This document shows, one piece after another, positions 46,069 to 56,219 of a DNA stretch of 64,000 nucleotides. The stretch comes from Alphaproteobacteria bacterium (GTDB lineage Bacteria; Pseudomonadota; Alphaproteobacteria; Rs-D84): assembly GCA_017962125.1 (NCBI GenBank), contig JAGCVZ010000011.1:182255-246254 (forward strand), in the 5' to 3' direction. The position numbers and the translations under genes are program-made. The notes under the pieces were generated by a model that was not told the DNA's origin, ran no database searches, and saw only the letters and a list, made by a program, of their open reading frames with translations. Within the stretch, counting starts at the first letter, position 1. Each line of letters begins with the position of its first letter.

Positions 46069-46776
46069 TCAAAGGAATTTATGCAAATCGGCACCATTTT
46101 GATTCAGCCACCGTCGCGCGCGCTCAACCCCAAAACCGTATAGTTCACGAACCTGAGCCCAAAAAGCATCAGAATGATCCATATGTTTGACATGTGCCAA
46201 TTCATGCATCACGACATACCGCATAACATCAAACGGCGCAAACGCCAAACGCCACGAAAAAGAAACTGTTCCCGTCGTTGACCGTGACCCCCAACGCGAT
46301 ATCGTATCACGCAGGCAAATCCTTTTCGGCCAAAATTCACGTGGTGTCTTATGAATTAAATCTTTTATTTGTTTTAACAATTCAGATTTGACGAATAAAC
46401 GCACACGGTTTTCAAGCAATTTTTCATCACCACCAACAAATAGAGTCCACGTTCCATCGTCATTCAAAACAAACTTGTTCCCGCGTAAAGTTCCATCATA
46501 GATAACACAAACGCGCTTATCCAAGAAATCAAATATATTTCCGGATTTCAAATGTTCCTTGCGCGGGGCATTTGCAAAAAACCGCTCAAGCCACCGACGT
46601 TTTTGTTCAACAAATTTCATAACCGTTGAATTTGACGAAATTATCGGTCGTGTTGCATCAATCCTACGCACATCACCACCACGCGGTCGCAAAGTTATAT
46701 TCCGCACCCCAGTACGTATATTAATAATGACTGGTATTTTTTCCCCAGATGAAGTTACAAATTCAAATTCAGACAT
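46069..46776 (-). CDS. YgjP-like metal-dependent hydrolase (DUF45 / M48-related, HExxH)
   Basis: 235 aa. C-terminal ..YVVMHELAHVKHMDHSDAFWAQV.. is the typical DUF45 zinc-binding motif. Confidence 0.7.
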   Translation of the reverse strand: MSEFEFVTSSGEKIPVIINIRTGVRNITLRPRGGDVRRIDATRPIISSNSTVMKFVEQKRRWLERFFANAPRKEHLKSGNIFDFLDKRVCVIYDGTLRGNKFVLNDDGTWTLFVGGDEKLLENRVRLFVKSELLKQIKDLIHKTPREFWPKRICLRDTISRWGSRSTTGTVSFSWRLAFAPFDVMRYVVMHELAHVKHMDHSDAFWAQVRELYGFGVERARRWLNQNGADLHKFL

Positions 46777-48547
46777 GTTTTATCTTTGCACGAATCGCTT
46801 TCGCGATTTTTTCCGCATCAAACCCGCACACACGATACACCATGTCACCCGGCCCTGACAAGCCAAAATCATCAAGTCCAATCACAATATCAGCAAATTC
46901 AAACCAAGGCGCAGTCGCTGCGGCTTCTATTGCGACAACAGTGCCGGCCAAAATTTTTTCTTTATACCGCGCATCCATCGCACGAAAATGCCCAACCGAC
47001 GGCATACTTACAACCTGAATTGCGCCCCCAATCATACGCGCCGCATCCATTGCAAGTGGAACCTCGGCCCCAGTTGCGATAATAGTTATCTTGGCACGCG
47101 CCACGCTAGACTTATAAACAACATACCCACCAAACTTTATTTCGCCAAAAACCGAATTTCCCACCGGCGCAATCGCTTGCCGCGAAAGCACAATACATGA
47201 CGGTCGATTTATCTCTGATAATGCTGTTTGCCAAGACCATGCAACCTCTGCCATATTGCACGGTCGAAACACGTTCATGTTTGGAACAAGACGCAGACTA
47301 GCCAATTGCTCGACCGGTTGATGTGTTGGTCCATCTTGCCCGACGGCAACACTGTCATGCGTCAAAACATAGACAACTGGCAAACCCGAAATTGCAGCAA
47401 GCCTCATTGCACCACGCATATAATCACTAAATGCCAAAAATGTTGAGCCCGCCACACGCAACCCAGCATACGCCATACCGTTCATAATCGCCGCCATAGC
47501 GTGTTCGCGCACGCCATAGTTTATATAACGCCCTGAAAAATTATTTGCGGTAATTTCACGCACACCAGGAACTAGCACTTTTGTATTCTGACCCAAATCT
47601 GCACTACCGATAATAACCTCTGCACCCGCCTCCATAATCGCAGTCAAATATTCACCAGACATTTCGCGCGTTGATTTGTCAGATGTTTTTTGCGGTAAAT
47701 ATAACTTTGGCACGTTCGCATATTTTATTTTTTTCGATTTTTTATGCACGCGTGCAACTTTCCGCCACAAATCACGTCCAATATCTGAATCCAGATGTTT
47801 TATTAAACTCGCAATCTCACTTTCGCTAAGTGCAAACCCGTGCGCACGCGCCGTTCCAGAAACACTTGAACCTTGACCCAATGTTGTGTCACAGCGCACA
47901 AATAACGGTCCATCTGCCTTTGTTACGATTGCATCATAAAGTTCATCCGTATCTGTACCATCCACACCGCGCACAGTCCAGCCCGCTGCACGCATACGCA
48001 TTGAAACATTTTTATCCGTTTGCGCTACACCATCAATGCTTATTCCATTATTATCCCAAAGCAGCACCAAGTTATCTAATTTATATCGCCCGGCAAAACC
48101 AATTGCTTCCTGTGCAACACCTTCCATTAAATCGCCATCAGAACAAAGGCAATACACGCGACCACCAGTTTTGTTGTGCTTTGCAGCAATCGCCATACCG
48201 ACCGCATTTGCAACACCTTGCCCTACTGGCCCTGTCGTTGCCGCAACACCATCGATACCAAATTCCGGATGCCCTGGCAATCCACCAATTTGCCGAAAAG
48301 ATTTTAAATCACCAATATTATATCCCGAAAGTTTAAGCATCGCATACAGCATCGCCGAACCATGTCCCGCAGATAAAACAAACCTATCACGTACAGGATT
48401 CAAAAACACAGCGTAAATCATCGTGATAATATCAGCAGCATCAAGAACAATTCCTATATGCCCACTTTTGGCACTTCTAATAGCGCGTAACGCATCCGCA
48501 CGCACAGTATTTGACATTTCGTGTAAATTCTTGGAATCTATTTTCAT
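46769..48547 (-). CDS. tkt: transketolase
   Basis: 592 aa, compact but with the motifs present: SGHIG/ThDP-binding GDG..EG, Pyr domain, and C-terminal domain. Overlaps the ygjP-like start by 8 nt. Confidence 0.85.
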   Translation of the reverse strand: MKIDSKNLHEMSNTVRADALRAIRSAKSGHIGIVLDAADIITMIYAVFLNPVRDRFVLSAGHGSAMLYAMLKLSGYNIGDLKSFRQIGGLPGHPEFGIDGVAATTGPVGQGVANAVGMAIAAKHNKTGGRVYCLCSDGDLMEGVAQEAIGFAGRYKLDNLVLLWDNNGISIDGVAQTDKNVSMRMRAAGWTVRGVDGTDTDELYDAIVTKADGPLFVRCDTTLGQGSSVSGTARAHGFALSESEIASLIKHLDSDIGRDLWRKVARVHKKSKKIKYANVPKLYLPQKTSDKSTREMSGEYLTAIMEAGAEVIIGSADLGQNTKVLVPGVREITANNFSGRYINYGVREHAMAAIMNGMAYAGLRVAGSTFLAFSDYMRGAMRLAAISGLPVVYVLTHDSVAVGQDGPTHQPVEQLASLRLVPNMNVFRPCNMAEVAWSWQTALSEINRPSCIVLSRQAIAPVGNSVFGEIKFGGYVVYKSSVARAKITIIATGAEVPLAMDAARMIGGAIQVVSMPSVGHFRAMDARYKEKILAGTVVAIEAAATAPWFEFADIVIGLDDFGLSGPGDMVYRVCGFDAEKIAKAIRAKIKHV

Positions 48548-48584
48548 TTTATGATATTATATCACAAACAAAGGATGAAATAAA

Positions 48585-49013
48585 ATGCTAAAAATTTGGA
48601 CAGACGGAAGTTGCCTTGGTAATCCCGGTCCCGGTGGATGGGCTTTTGTTGCAACAGATGGAAAAAATCGCGCAGAACGTAGTGGCGGCGAAAAAGATAC
48701 AACCAACAATCGCATGGAATTGACCGCGGTTATACGCGCAATATCCGCCGCGCGCCGGCACAATGAAATTGAAATCCACACCGACAGTCAATATGTAAAA
48801 AACGGCACACAAACTTGGATTAAAAATTGGAAGAAAAATAATTGGCGCACTGCGGATAAAAAACCTGTAAAGAATCAAGACCTATGGCAACAACTGGATG
48901 AATTGGTGTCCGCGGTCAAAGTTCACTGGGTTTGGGTACGTGGGCATAATGGCGAAGAATTAAATGAACGCTGTGACGAACTTGCGCGCGCCGCCGCCGA
49001 AAAATTAAAATAA
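48585..49013 (+). CDS. rnhA: ribonuclease HI
   Basis: 142 aa. MLKIWTDGSCLGNPGPGGWAFV.. and the DEDD catalytic residues pattern. Confidence 0.9.
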   Translation: MLKIWTDGSCLGNPGPGGWAFVATDGKNRAERSGGEKDTTNNRMELTAVIRAISAARRHNEIEIHTDSQYVKNGTQTWIKNWKKNNWRTADKKPVKNQDLWQQLDELVSAVKVHWVWVRGHNGEELNERCDELARAAAEKLK

Positions 49014-49014
49014 A

Positions 49015-49680
49015 ATGAAACTTGAATCAGCCGGTCTTTTAATATCTCTGCGCCCATTTAATGAACGTGATGCGGTTGCACACATATTCACACGCGAACA
49101 TGGTGTTATTGCAGGAATGTTGCGTGGCGCAATCACAACAAAAACAAACAAGCCACTTGTCGGACAAATCGGCAACGCCACGTGGGGCGCACGACTCGAT
49201 TCCGCCCTGGGTGTGTTTCATTGGGAAAGCGAAAGAAATTTAACAGCGCCAATAATGATGAATTTCGAACGTATAAAATTTGTGAACTGCGTTTTCGATT
49301 TGATAAAAACATTATTGCCTGAACGCGAATCTTATGGCGCGCTTTACGATTCGACTGTGAATTTTTTAACAAATTTGCCGAATACAAATTCACCCGTTGA
49401 TGATTATTTACGTTGGGAAATTGTTTTATTACGCGAACTTGGGTTTGCATTGGATTTAACAAAATGTTCCGGTTGTGGACGGGTGGAAAAATTGACTCAT
49501 CTTTCACCAAAGACTGGACGTGCAGTATGCGCCGAATGCGCCGCACCTTATGTAAACCGGCTGTTTCAATTACCTTTGACAACGGATACAACTCTTAAAT
49601 TTATCGAAAAAATTTGCACAGAACTTGGCACAAAAATCCCAAATTCACGTCTAAGTTTGACCTGCGAAAAAAATTCTTAA
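49015..49680 (+). CDS. recO: DNA repair protein RecO
   Basis: 221 aa. N-terminal OB fold, C-terminal Cys4 zinc motif (CSGCG..CAEC). Start is 1 nt after the rnhA stop. Confidence 0.8.
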   Translation: MKLESAGLLISLRPFNERDAVAHIFTREHGVIAGMLRGAITTKTNKPLVGQIGNATWGARLDSALGVFHWESERNLTAPIMMNFERIKFVNCVFDLIKTLLPERESYGALYDSTVNFLTNLPNTNSPVDDYLRWEIVLLRELGFALDLTKCSGCGRVEKLTHLSPKTGRAVCAECAAPYVNRLFQLPLTTDTTLKFIEKICTELGTKIPNSRLSLTCEKNS

Positions 49681-49746
49681 AAATCTCTTGCACGGGCGCA
49701 AAAAAATTTCTAAGATACAACCGTTCAACAAGCAAAGGAGAAAAAC

Positions 49747-50571
49747 ATGTTTTGGACAATCCTCATTCTGGTTATCGGAATTGCACTCTTCTTGTTTGGC
49801 GGCATGTTCGTTAAACACGATGGTAAAAAATCTGAATCCAGTCCTACGATGATCGTAAAATTGATCAAATTGGTTGCTATCATTTTGATCGCTGGCTGTG
49901 TCTGCCGTTTGTACACACCGTACTACCTGACACATACAAACCCAATGATTCTGCAAGAAATGGTATCTGCGATGCAGGAACAACAGAACGCTGAAAAGAA
50001 CAAGGCGATTCGCAAATATGTTCGTTCGAATATGAAGGACATGATTGGCGATGCACCGATTTGGGGTAAAGAAGATGCGAAAAAAACTATCTTCTTGTGG
50101 TCTGATTATTCTTGCCCATATTGCCGTCGTGTTCATGGCGAATTGGCTCGTGTTATGGGAAGTCGTGATGATGTTCGCGTTGTCTTGAAAAACTTCTCTA
50201 TCCATGGTGAATTGTCTGATGCACCGGCCAAGGCTGTTATCGCTGCAAGATTACAAGGCAATGACAAAGCCGCCGCATTAGATAGAAAGTTGATGGAAAA
50301 AGAATATTATACCCAAGATGATATGAAAGATCGTTCTAAACTTGGTGAAAAAATCAAAAAGAACGTCATGAAGTTGGCTGCTGAAGTTGATTTGGATACC
50401 GCCCAGTTAGAAAAGGATATGAACGGTGAAGTTGTCGCACGTGAATTGAAAAACGTTCGTGATTTGGCACAACGTTTCGAAATCAGTGGCACGCCATACC
50501 TGGTTATTGGCGAAGAAGCTTTCCCAGGCGCGATACCATACGATCAGATTATCAAGGCGTTGGATAAATAA
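49747..50571 (+). CDS. membrane-anchored DsbA-family thiol:disulfide oxidoreductase
   Basis: 274 aa. Two N-terminal hydrophobic segments, then a thioredoxin fold with the CPYC active site (..LWSDYSCPYCRRVH..). Confidence 0.75.
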   Translation: MFWTILILVIGIALFLFGGMFVKHDGKKSESSPTMIVKLIKLVAIILIAGCVCRLYTPYYLTHTNPMILQEMVSAMQEQQNAEKNKAIRKYVRSNMKDMIGDAPIWGKEDAKKTIFLWSDYSCPYCRRVHGELARVMGSRDDVRVVLKNFSIHGELSDAPAKAVIAARLQGNDKAAALDRKLMEKEYYTQDDMKDRSKLGEKIKKNVMKLAAEVDLDTAQLEKDMNGEVVARELKNVRDLAQRFEISGTPYLVIGEEAFPGAIPYDQIIKALDK

Positions 50572-50590
50572 TTATTCCGATACACAAAAA

Positions 50591-50620
50591 TCCCCACTGA
50601 TACGTGGGGATTTTTTTTTT
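50591..50620 (+). terminator. intrinsic terminator (TCCCCAC-TGATAC-GTGGGGA + T10)
   Basis: Hairpin plus a 10-T run 20 nt after the dsbA-like stop. Confidence 0.65.
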
Positions 50621-50652
50621 ACTTTTTATAGAAAAAGTGATATAATCAATGT

Positions 50653-51591
50653 ATGGGATTTTTAATCAAAAAAATTTTTTTAATATATACTCTTTTCGTG
50701 ACCACCGCATACGCTGATGAAAATACATTCGTGGCGGCATTACGAAACACTTATTCTTCTTGCATTGGGATTGAATCTGAACTTGCTGAATTAAAACGTA
50801 TGGCCGGAATCAATACCGCTGTAACCGGGGTTGGAACCGGTCTTGGTATTGGCGCAACAGCGGTTGGCATTGTAAAATCCAAACATGACAAAGAAATCGA
50901 AGATATTACCGCTCAACTTGATGCAATGGGTGCAACCGAAATAAAAACAGAAGAACAATTATATGATATTTTGGCCGAATTAATGGATGAAACCCAAACC
51001 CAAAAGGGTCGTGAAATGGCGGATGCGCTGCGTGCTGAAAAGAAACGTAAAGAAGAACAATCTAAAAAACTTGGCAACTGGCGTACAGGACTACTTGCAG
51101 CAAACACCGCAACAAATATTGCAGGCACAATCATCGCGACCCAAAATCGTACAGATGGAAATTTGCAAAATCAAATTGATAAATGCAAATCGGCCGTATC
51201 AAATTTGAAACAGGCCCGCGCTCAGGCACAACTTGACGGAATTGATATAAACGAAGCCACACAAATCATAAATGCCTGTGACGGATTCAATACTGTTGAT
51301 ATCTCAAAAATCAACGTGCGCGCGGATGGCGCAAAAATCGCCGGAATTGTAGGTGCAACAACGGGGCTTACCGGCACGATAACCAGTGCCGTCGCCAACA
51401 CCGATGCCACGCGCCAAGACAATACGGATTCTGGGAAACAACGTGAAAGAAACCTTAATACTGCATCCAATGTTTTGGCGGGCGCATCAACTGTCGCATC
51501 GGCAACCGCCACCGTTTTCAATGCCACACAAATCAAGGCAATTAAAGACATCGCAGATGTCGCCACAAAATGTACGGGGGCGTTAAAATGA
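50653..51591 (+). CDS. secreted T/A/G-rich helical hypothetical protein (312 aa)
   Basis: Signal peptide MGFLIKKIFLIYTLFVTTAYA. Stop overlaps the next ATG (ATGA). Confidence 0.5.
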   Translation: MGFLIKKIFLIYTLFVTTAYADENTFVAALRNTYSSCIGIESELAELKRMAGINTAVTGVGTGLGIGATAVGIVKSKHDKEIEDITAQLDAMGATEIKTEEQLYDILAELMDETQTQKGREMADALRAEKKRKEEQSKKLGNWRTGLLAANTATNIAGTIIATQNRTDGNLQNQIDKCKSAVSNLKQARAQAQLDGIDINEATQIINACDGFNTVDISKINVRADGAKIAGIVGATTGLTGTITSAVANTDATRQDNTDSGKQRERNLNTASNVLAGASTVASATATVFNATQIKAIKDIADVATKCTGALK

Positions 51592-52664
51592 AAAAAGTAT
51601 TTCTTGCTATTTTTTCTTTATTTTTATGTTTATCGGCACATGCAGATGGCGACCCACAAATCATGATATTTGAATTAAACGGCAAAGCATACTACCTAAC
51701 TGATGAAAAATTACTTGAAGCGTTGATAAAATCCGAAACCTGTATCCAGGGTGCATCCGAAGGAGAAATAGCAAAACTCTATCTTTTACTGTACGATGCT
51801 TGCAAACAAAGTATCGCCGCATTAAGCGAAGAAGCCCGCGAACAAGGAATAAATCCACATACAAGATTCAATAATTTTATGCGAAATATCGGCACAAAAA
51901 TTGCCACTTCGAATTTTGCAAAACAAATTGGACTAAGCGAAACAGATAAAGAAACCATACTTCGAACAGGACTCAAAAATTGCCTTATAACCAAAGAATC
52001 TTTAACCAAAAGGTTAACACAAAATTCAAAAATGCACCCAACCGTAACTACAAAAATTACCGCAGATATCGATAAATGCATAAGCAACATCGGAATCTTA
52101 CCCCCAATAAAAAATGATATATGTCCATTGTATCCAAGTGTCCCAGATGAAAAATATATAGAAAATATTTTTAATCTTAACGCAACATACAGTACACAAA
52201 CTTTTCATTTTCCAACCGACACACCAATTAGCACGAATAAAATCATCATCTTCAATGGTAATGTCCTTGTGGCATGTGAAAATAATATCCCAAAATATCT
52301 TGTTCGACCCACGTATTCAGGACGCGAATCTTGCCAAAACGGACAATACCAAAGCATCCCATATTCTGGCGGAACGCCGAACGGGGTTTATGTAGTCCGC
52401 GCCAAAGACAAAGACACACTATCCAAAGAAAAACAACTTGCGTGGGGGCAATACCGCATTCCACTTATACCGGCCAATGAAACCAACACTTTTGGACGCA
52501 CGAATATGTACCTGCATGGAACAACAGACCCAAACAAACATCGTTCTGGTGGGTGCATAAGTTTGGGACTCGCCATAGATGAATTCGTTGAAACAAATTT
52601 TATTGATAGCACAATCCCGATAATCGTGGATGTAGATACCGTTTACCAAGATTGGAACAATTAA
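51588..52664 (+). CDS. secreted protein with C-terminal L,D-transpeptidase-like (YkuD) domain
   Basis: ATG at 51588 (MKKVFLAIFSLFLCLSAHA). C-terminal ..NMYLHGTTDPNKHRSGGCISLG.. resembles the HGT...(S/T)xGC(I/V)R catalytic motif. N-terminal ~250 aa unassigned. Confidence 0.55.
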   Translation: MKKVFLAIFSLFLCLSAHADGDPQIMIFELNGKAYYLTDEKLLEALIKSETCIQGASEGEIAKLYLLLYDACKQSIAALSEEAREQGINPHTRFNNFMRNIGTKIATSNFAKQIGLSETDKETILRTGLKNCLITKESLTKRLTQNSKMHPTVTTKITADIDKCISNIGILPPIKNDICPLYPSVPDEKYIENIFNLNATYSTQTFHFPTDTPISTNKIIIFNGNVLVACENNIPKYLVRPTYSGRESCQNGQYQSIPYSGGTPNGVYVVRAKDKDTLSKEKQLAWGQYRIPLIPANETNTFGRTNMYLHGTTDPNKHRSGGCISLGLAIDEFVETNFIDSTIPIIVDVDTVYQDWNN

Positions 52665-52671
52665 AAAAACG

Positions 52672-52698
52672 CCCCACGAAATTCGTGGGGATTTTTTT
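52672..52698. terminator. bidirectional intrinsic terminator (CCCCACG-AAATT-CGTGGGG flanked by A/T runs)
   Basis: Lies between convergent genes (plus-strand stop at 52664, minus-strand stop at 52718). Confidence 0.6.
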
Positions 52699-52717
52699 GA
52701 TTTGGTTCATAAAAACA

Positions 52718-53419
52718 CTATCGTTCTAAGTTCTTTTGCGCCAAATTTCTGCCAGCACGTAACTGTGCCAATTCTAAAGATATTTCTTTCAAATGACGTT
52801 TATTGACTTTCATTTTATATTCCGCACTGTGATTGGAACCTTTTACTTCAGTTTTACCGCTTGGAACATAAGATACACTTTTAATAACTTCTTCACCATG
52901 GCTAACCCCCATATTGTATTCTGCCTTATACTTTGGACCAACGACCACAGAAGACTGTTCGTCTATCCACTTCAAAGCCGCTTCAAACGAAATATTGGGA
53001 TGGAGTTCTTGTATGCACCATGCATCCCTATAAATTGCATTTGCGTATTTGGTTGAATCTGATACCAAATCTTGAATACGACCATCCCAGTAACCTGGGT
53101 CAAATTTATAATTTTCGCTCCATTCTCGTATACTACGTTTACTTGGTATGGCATAAGCCCGTACATCTTCAATTATATAATTAGCAAAATCGTGTGCCCG
53201 TTTCGCCTGTCTTTCTTTCTCGACTTGTTCTAATTTTTTTTGTGCTTCTTCTTGTTCCTTAGCTTTTTTATCTGCTTTCGCCAGCCAAACAAAAGCGCAA
53301 CCAAACACAACGACCAAGAAAACACAAGTAAGGAAATTATTTCTAGCATCCTTACTATGCTTCATATTCCAAACAAACGAACGCCACTTATAATTCATTT
53401 TTTCTTTAAAATTCGCCAT
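52718..53419 (-). CDS. membrane-anchored hypothetical protein (233 aa)
   Basis: ORF 52718..53710 trimmed to the ATG at 53419 (AAGGAG RBS), because the upstream part overlaps rplI and its terminator. TM helix FLTCVFLVVVFGCAFVWLA, then a K/E-rich coiled coil. Confidence 0.5.
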   Translation of the reverse strand: MANFKEKMNYKWRSFVWNMKHSKDARNNFLTCVFLVVVFGCAFVWLAKADKKAKEQEEAQKKLEQVEKERQAKRAHDFANYIIEDVRAYAIPSKRSIREWSENYKFDPGYWDGRIQDLVSDSTKYANAIYRDAWCIQELHPNISFEAALKWIDEQSSVVVGPKYKAEYNMGVSHGEEVIKSVSYVPSGKTEVKGSNHSAEYKMKVNKRHLKEISLELAQLRAGRNLAQKNLER

Positions 53420-53500
53420 AATATGCTCCTTTTTTCTTATGACAACAACTAATATAACACCAAAAACAAAAATTGTCAAGTTTTTTGTTAAATATAACAC

Positions 53501-53575
53501 GCCCCACAATATCATGTCCCACAAAAAATGTGAAAAACATTTTTTGTGGTAAATTCCCTGTGGGGCGTAAGCATA
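53501..53575 (-). terminator. nested-hairpin terminator after rplI
   Basis: ACGCCCCACA..[CCCACAAAAAATGT-GAAAAA-ACATTTTTTGTGG]..TGTGGGGCGT, seen on both strands. Confidence 0.45.
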
Positions 53576-53588
53576 ACCAAAATCGGAA

Positions 53589-54197
53589 TTATTTTTCTTC
53601 CGCCGGTTCTGATTTTTCAGACTCCGCGGATACTTCTGTTTCTTTAACTTCCGCTTCGTCTTTTGGTTCTTCTTTGGTTTCAGTTTCTTCTTCAACCTTT
53701 TTGGTTCCAAAGGTCAAGACCTTGCCGGCGACCAACGCTTCGATTTCATCGTTTGTACGTGCGACATAAACCTTAATCGGAACAATCACATCTGGATGCA
53801 GTGCGATTTTCGTGTCAAACGCACCAATCGATTTAATCGGCGCACCCAACATAACCTGGGCCGAAGAAATATCAACATTCGCAACTTCTTTAAGTGTCCG
53901 CGCGATATCACGACTTGACACAGAACCATACAACTGACCGGTATCACCCGCCTGGCGTATCATATACATCTTGGCGTTCTTCACCGCGTCAACCTTAGAT
54001 TCTGCGGCCTTGCGTGCATTTTCATGACGCGCCTGCAGTTCCGCCTTTTGCGCTTCGAACAAAGCAACATTTTCACGCGACCAACGCAATGCCTTGTTAT
54101 TAGGCAATAAAAAGTTCCGTGCGTAACCAGTTTTAACCTCAACTGTGTCACCAATAGTCCCAAGACCTGTAATTTTTTCTGTTAAAATAACTTTCAT
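53589..54197 (-). CDS. rplI: 50S ribosomal protein L9 with ~50-aa E/K-rich C-terminal extension
   Basis: MKVILTEKITGLGTIGDTVEVKTGYARNFLLP is a canonical L9 N-terminus. The tail is ..KKVEEETETKEEPKDEAEVKETEVSAESEKSEPAEEK. Confidence 0.85.
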   Translation of the reverse strand: MKVILTEKITGLGTIGDTVEVKTGYARNFLLPNNKALRWSRENVALFEAQKAELQARHENARKAAESKVDAVKNAKMYMIRQAGDTGQLYGSVSSRDIARTLKEVANVDISSAQVMLGAPIKSIGAFDTKIALHPDVIVPIKVYVARTNDEIEALVAGKVLTFGTKKVEEETETKEEPKDEAEVKETEVSAESEKSEPAEEK

Positions 54198-54243
54198 TTT
54201 ATCTGTCCTTTTTATTTAAAGTTAGGGGTATACCCAAATATCT

Positions 54244-54471
54244 TTATCCAATGTTGTTGCGCACAAACGGCAATAACCCCAAATGACGCGCACGTTTAAT
54301 CGCCTGAGCCAACAAACGTTGGTCTTTCTGGGAAACACCACTGATGCGGCTCGGCACGATTTTACCACGCTCGGTAATATAGTGTCCCAACATTTTAACA
54401 TCTTTATAATCAATAACCTTACCCTTTAACGGGTTGGCTTTTTTACGATAGATTGCTGCACGAACTGCCAT
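54244..54471 (-). CDS. rpsR: 30S ribosomal protein S18
   Basis: 75 aa with the ..[48 protein letters not shown] pattern. Confidence 0.9.
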   Translation of the reverse strand: MAVRAAIYRKKANPLKGKVIDYKDVKMLGHYITERGKIVPSRISGVSQKDQRLLAQAIKRARHLGLLPFVRNNIG

Positions 54472-54809
54472 TATTCTGCCTCCTCGGTATTCTTTTTCAT
54501 CATGATGGACGGTCCATCCGCCAATTTTTCAACACGCACATTCAAGAAACGGATAACGTCTTCATCAATACGACTGCGCCGTTCAAGTTCGGCAATCGAC
54601 TTACCCGGCATTTCCACATTCATCATAACATAATGTGCCTTGCGATTTTTACGAATGACATAGGCCAAGTTTTTCAATCCCCAAAACTCTGTGGATTTTA
54701 CTTCGCCACCCAGTTCTTTGATAATACCTGCAAATTTATCCGCTTTTTCTTTGACCTGCGGCTCGGTCAAATCCTGGCGAAACACCAGAATACTTTCATA
54801 GTAAGCCAT
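54471..54809 (-). CDS. rpsF: 30S ribosomal protein S6
   Basis: 112 aa. [14 protein letters not shown].. S6 N-terminus. Operon rpsF-rpsR-rplI with no gene between. Confidence 0.9.
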   Translation of the reverse strand: MAYYESILVFRQDLTEPQVKEKADKFAGIIKELGGEVKSTEFWGLKNLAYVIRKNRKAHYVMMNVEMPGKSIAELERRSRIDEDVIRFLNVRVEKLADGPSIMMKKNTEEAE

Positions 54810-54977
54810 TTTATTTCCTTTGGTTTATGTCAGCCGTCACCCCCATTGGCAACAGCAGGAACAAGCGCAATTATTACAATTTTTTATAAAAAATCAAGTA
54901 AAAATATGAAAAAAAAGTTTTATATCTTAAGTTTTTATGATATAATTCAAACATAATCACGGAAGGGAGAAACACAA

Positions 54978-56090
54978 ATGAAAAAATTCTTATTATTATT
55001 GTCCATATTAGGGCTCGCCGCATGCGACAGACCGACTTCCAATGCCGAATTAACCTGCACAGTTGATAAACATTGGCAGCGATCAAATGTATTGTACTTA
55101 AACAACAATTACTATGATCCAGCGGCCAGGGAAGATACCGAAATAAAGGTCAAAATTGTGACTTATGATGATTATGCTAAAGTAACGGTTGATGGCGTAA
55201 TCACCACGTTTGAAAAGGTCATAGAACGCCGCGATAATGGCGAATTTGGATATGTTAGTCTAACATACAAGGGTAATTTTCCCGATTCAGAAAGAACGGC
55301 TTTGTTGGACATTTATGGCGATATAACCAACAAACAAATTCTACAATACCAGCTTAGTTTCATAGGGCAAAAGACAAAAAACGACTCTGGACGTGAATTC
55401 AGTATGAGTCATTCTTGCCGTCCTGTAAAAGAAGAATATAAAGGCAAATCATGGGGCGCTGCGGTTCCTTTCCACCACAATTATAAAATGCCGAACAAAA
55501 TTGAACGGTGCATTACTGATATTTGCAAAACGGTGTACTGTGGCGACGGAACATGCACAAGCCTTACCATTTTAAATGATGAAAACGGAAAAGAATTTCC
55601 ATTATCACCCCAAGACGCTCTTTCATTATCGAGAAATTGGGATTATTCTAATCTAAAACGGTACAGTAACGACGGAAAATTAGAAGATTATGAAAAAGAT
55701 GCGTGCGAAGTTCTGGATAAAATAAACAAATTTATTGCCGACCATGATTTATTTTTCGATGCATATAAAACGATTCAAGATGCAATGGATAACTGCGGGG
55801 AAAATTGTAACCGCATACTTACAAAAGGTGAAAAAGGAGATTTTCTAATTCAAATACCAGAAACCAAAGACTTGCGCAAAATTGCAACCAAGCAAAAAAA
55901 TGTTAAATTTTTATCGATATTTAATCCAAACTCACATGCCAAAGCCGATTACTGTCTTGTTAATGTAATCCCATACGACACTATGAAAAAGTTAGGAACG
56001 CCCGATAGCGATTGTCATTACCGCATTTACTGTGGTGCCCCAGAACATATGAACTATAACGAACCCTATGCAGTGGAAGTGTGTTATTAA
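54978..56090 (+). CDS. lipoprotein, Cys-rich hypothetical (370 aa)
   Basis: Lipobox LGLAAC after the signal peptide. 20 Cys. No family recognised. Confidence 0.55.
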   Translation: MKKFLLLLSILGLAACDRPTSNAELTCTVDKHWQRSNVLYLNNNYYDPAAREDTEIKVKIVTYDDYAKVTVDGVITTFEKVIERRDNGEFGYVSLTYKGNFPDSERTALLDIYGDITNKQILQYQLSFIGQKTKNDSGREFSMSHSCRPVKEEYKGKSWGAAVPFHHNYKMPNKIERCITDICKTVYCGDGTCTSLTILNDENGKEFPLSPQDALSLSRNWDYSNLKRYSNDGKLEDYEKDACEVLDKINKFIADHDLFFDAYKTIQDAMDNCGENCNRILTKGEKGDFLIQIPETKDLRKIATKQKNVKFLSIFNPNSHAKADYCLVNVIPYDTMKKLGTPDSDCHYRIYCGAPEHMNYNEPYAVEVCY

Positions 56091-56115
56091 AAGTTTTAGA
56101 TATTTAAAAAAAAAA

Positions 56116-56141
56116 TCCCGAACAATGTTCGGGATTTTTTT
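56116..56141 (+). terminator. intrinsic terminator (TCCCGAAC-AAT-GTTCGGGA + T7)
   Basis: Follows the lipoprotein gene. Confidence 0.6.
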
Positions 56142-56219
56142 AAAGACATATTTCATGAACAAACCCGTTGACACAACATTTAAAAATTTTCTAAGATGAA
56201 ACTGTAACGGGGGAAAAAT

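Noticed and set aside
46769-48547. Transketolase being 60-70 aa shorter than typical enzymes (possible pseudogene)
   Set aside because: N-terminal ThDP motifs, the Pyr domain and the C-terminal domain are all present in one uninterrupted frame. It is a compact but intact gene.
53420-53710. Upstream extension of ORF 52718..53710 (K/R-rich MEPKRLKKKLKPKK...)
   Set aside because: It overlaps the rplI coding region and its nested-hairpin terminator. The internal ATG at 53419 has an AAGGAG RBS.
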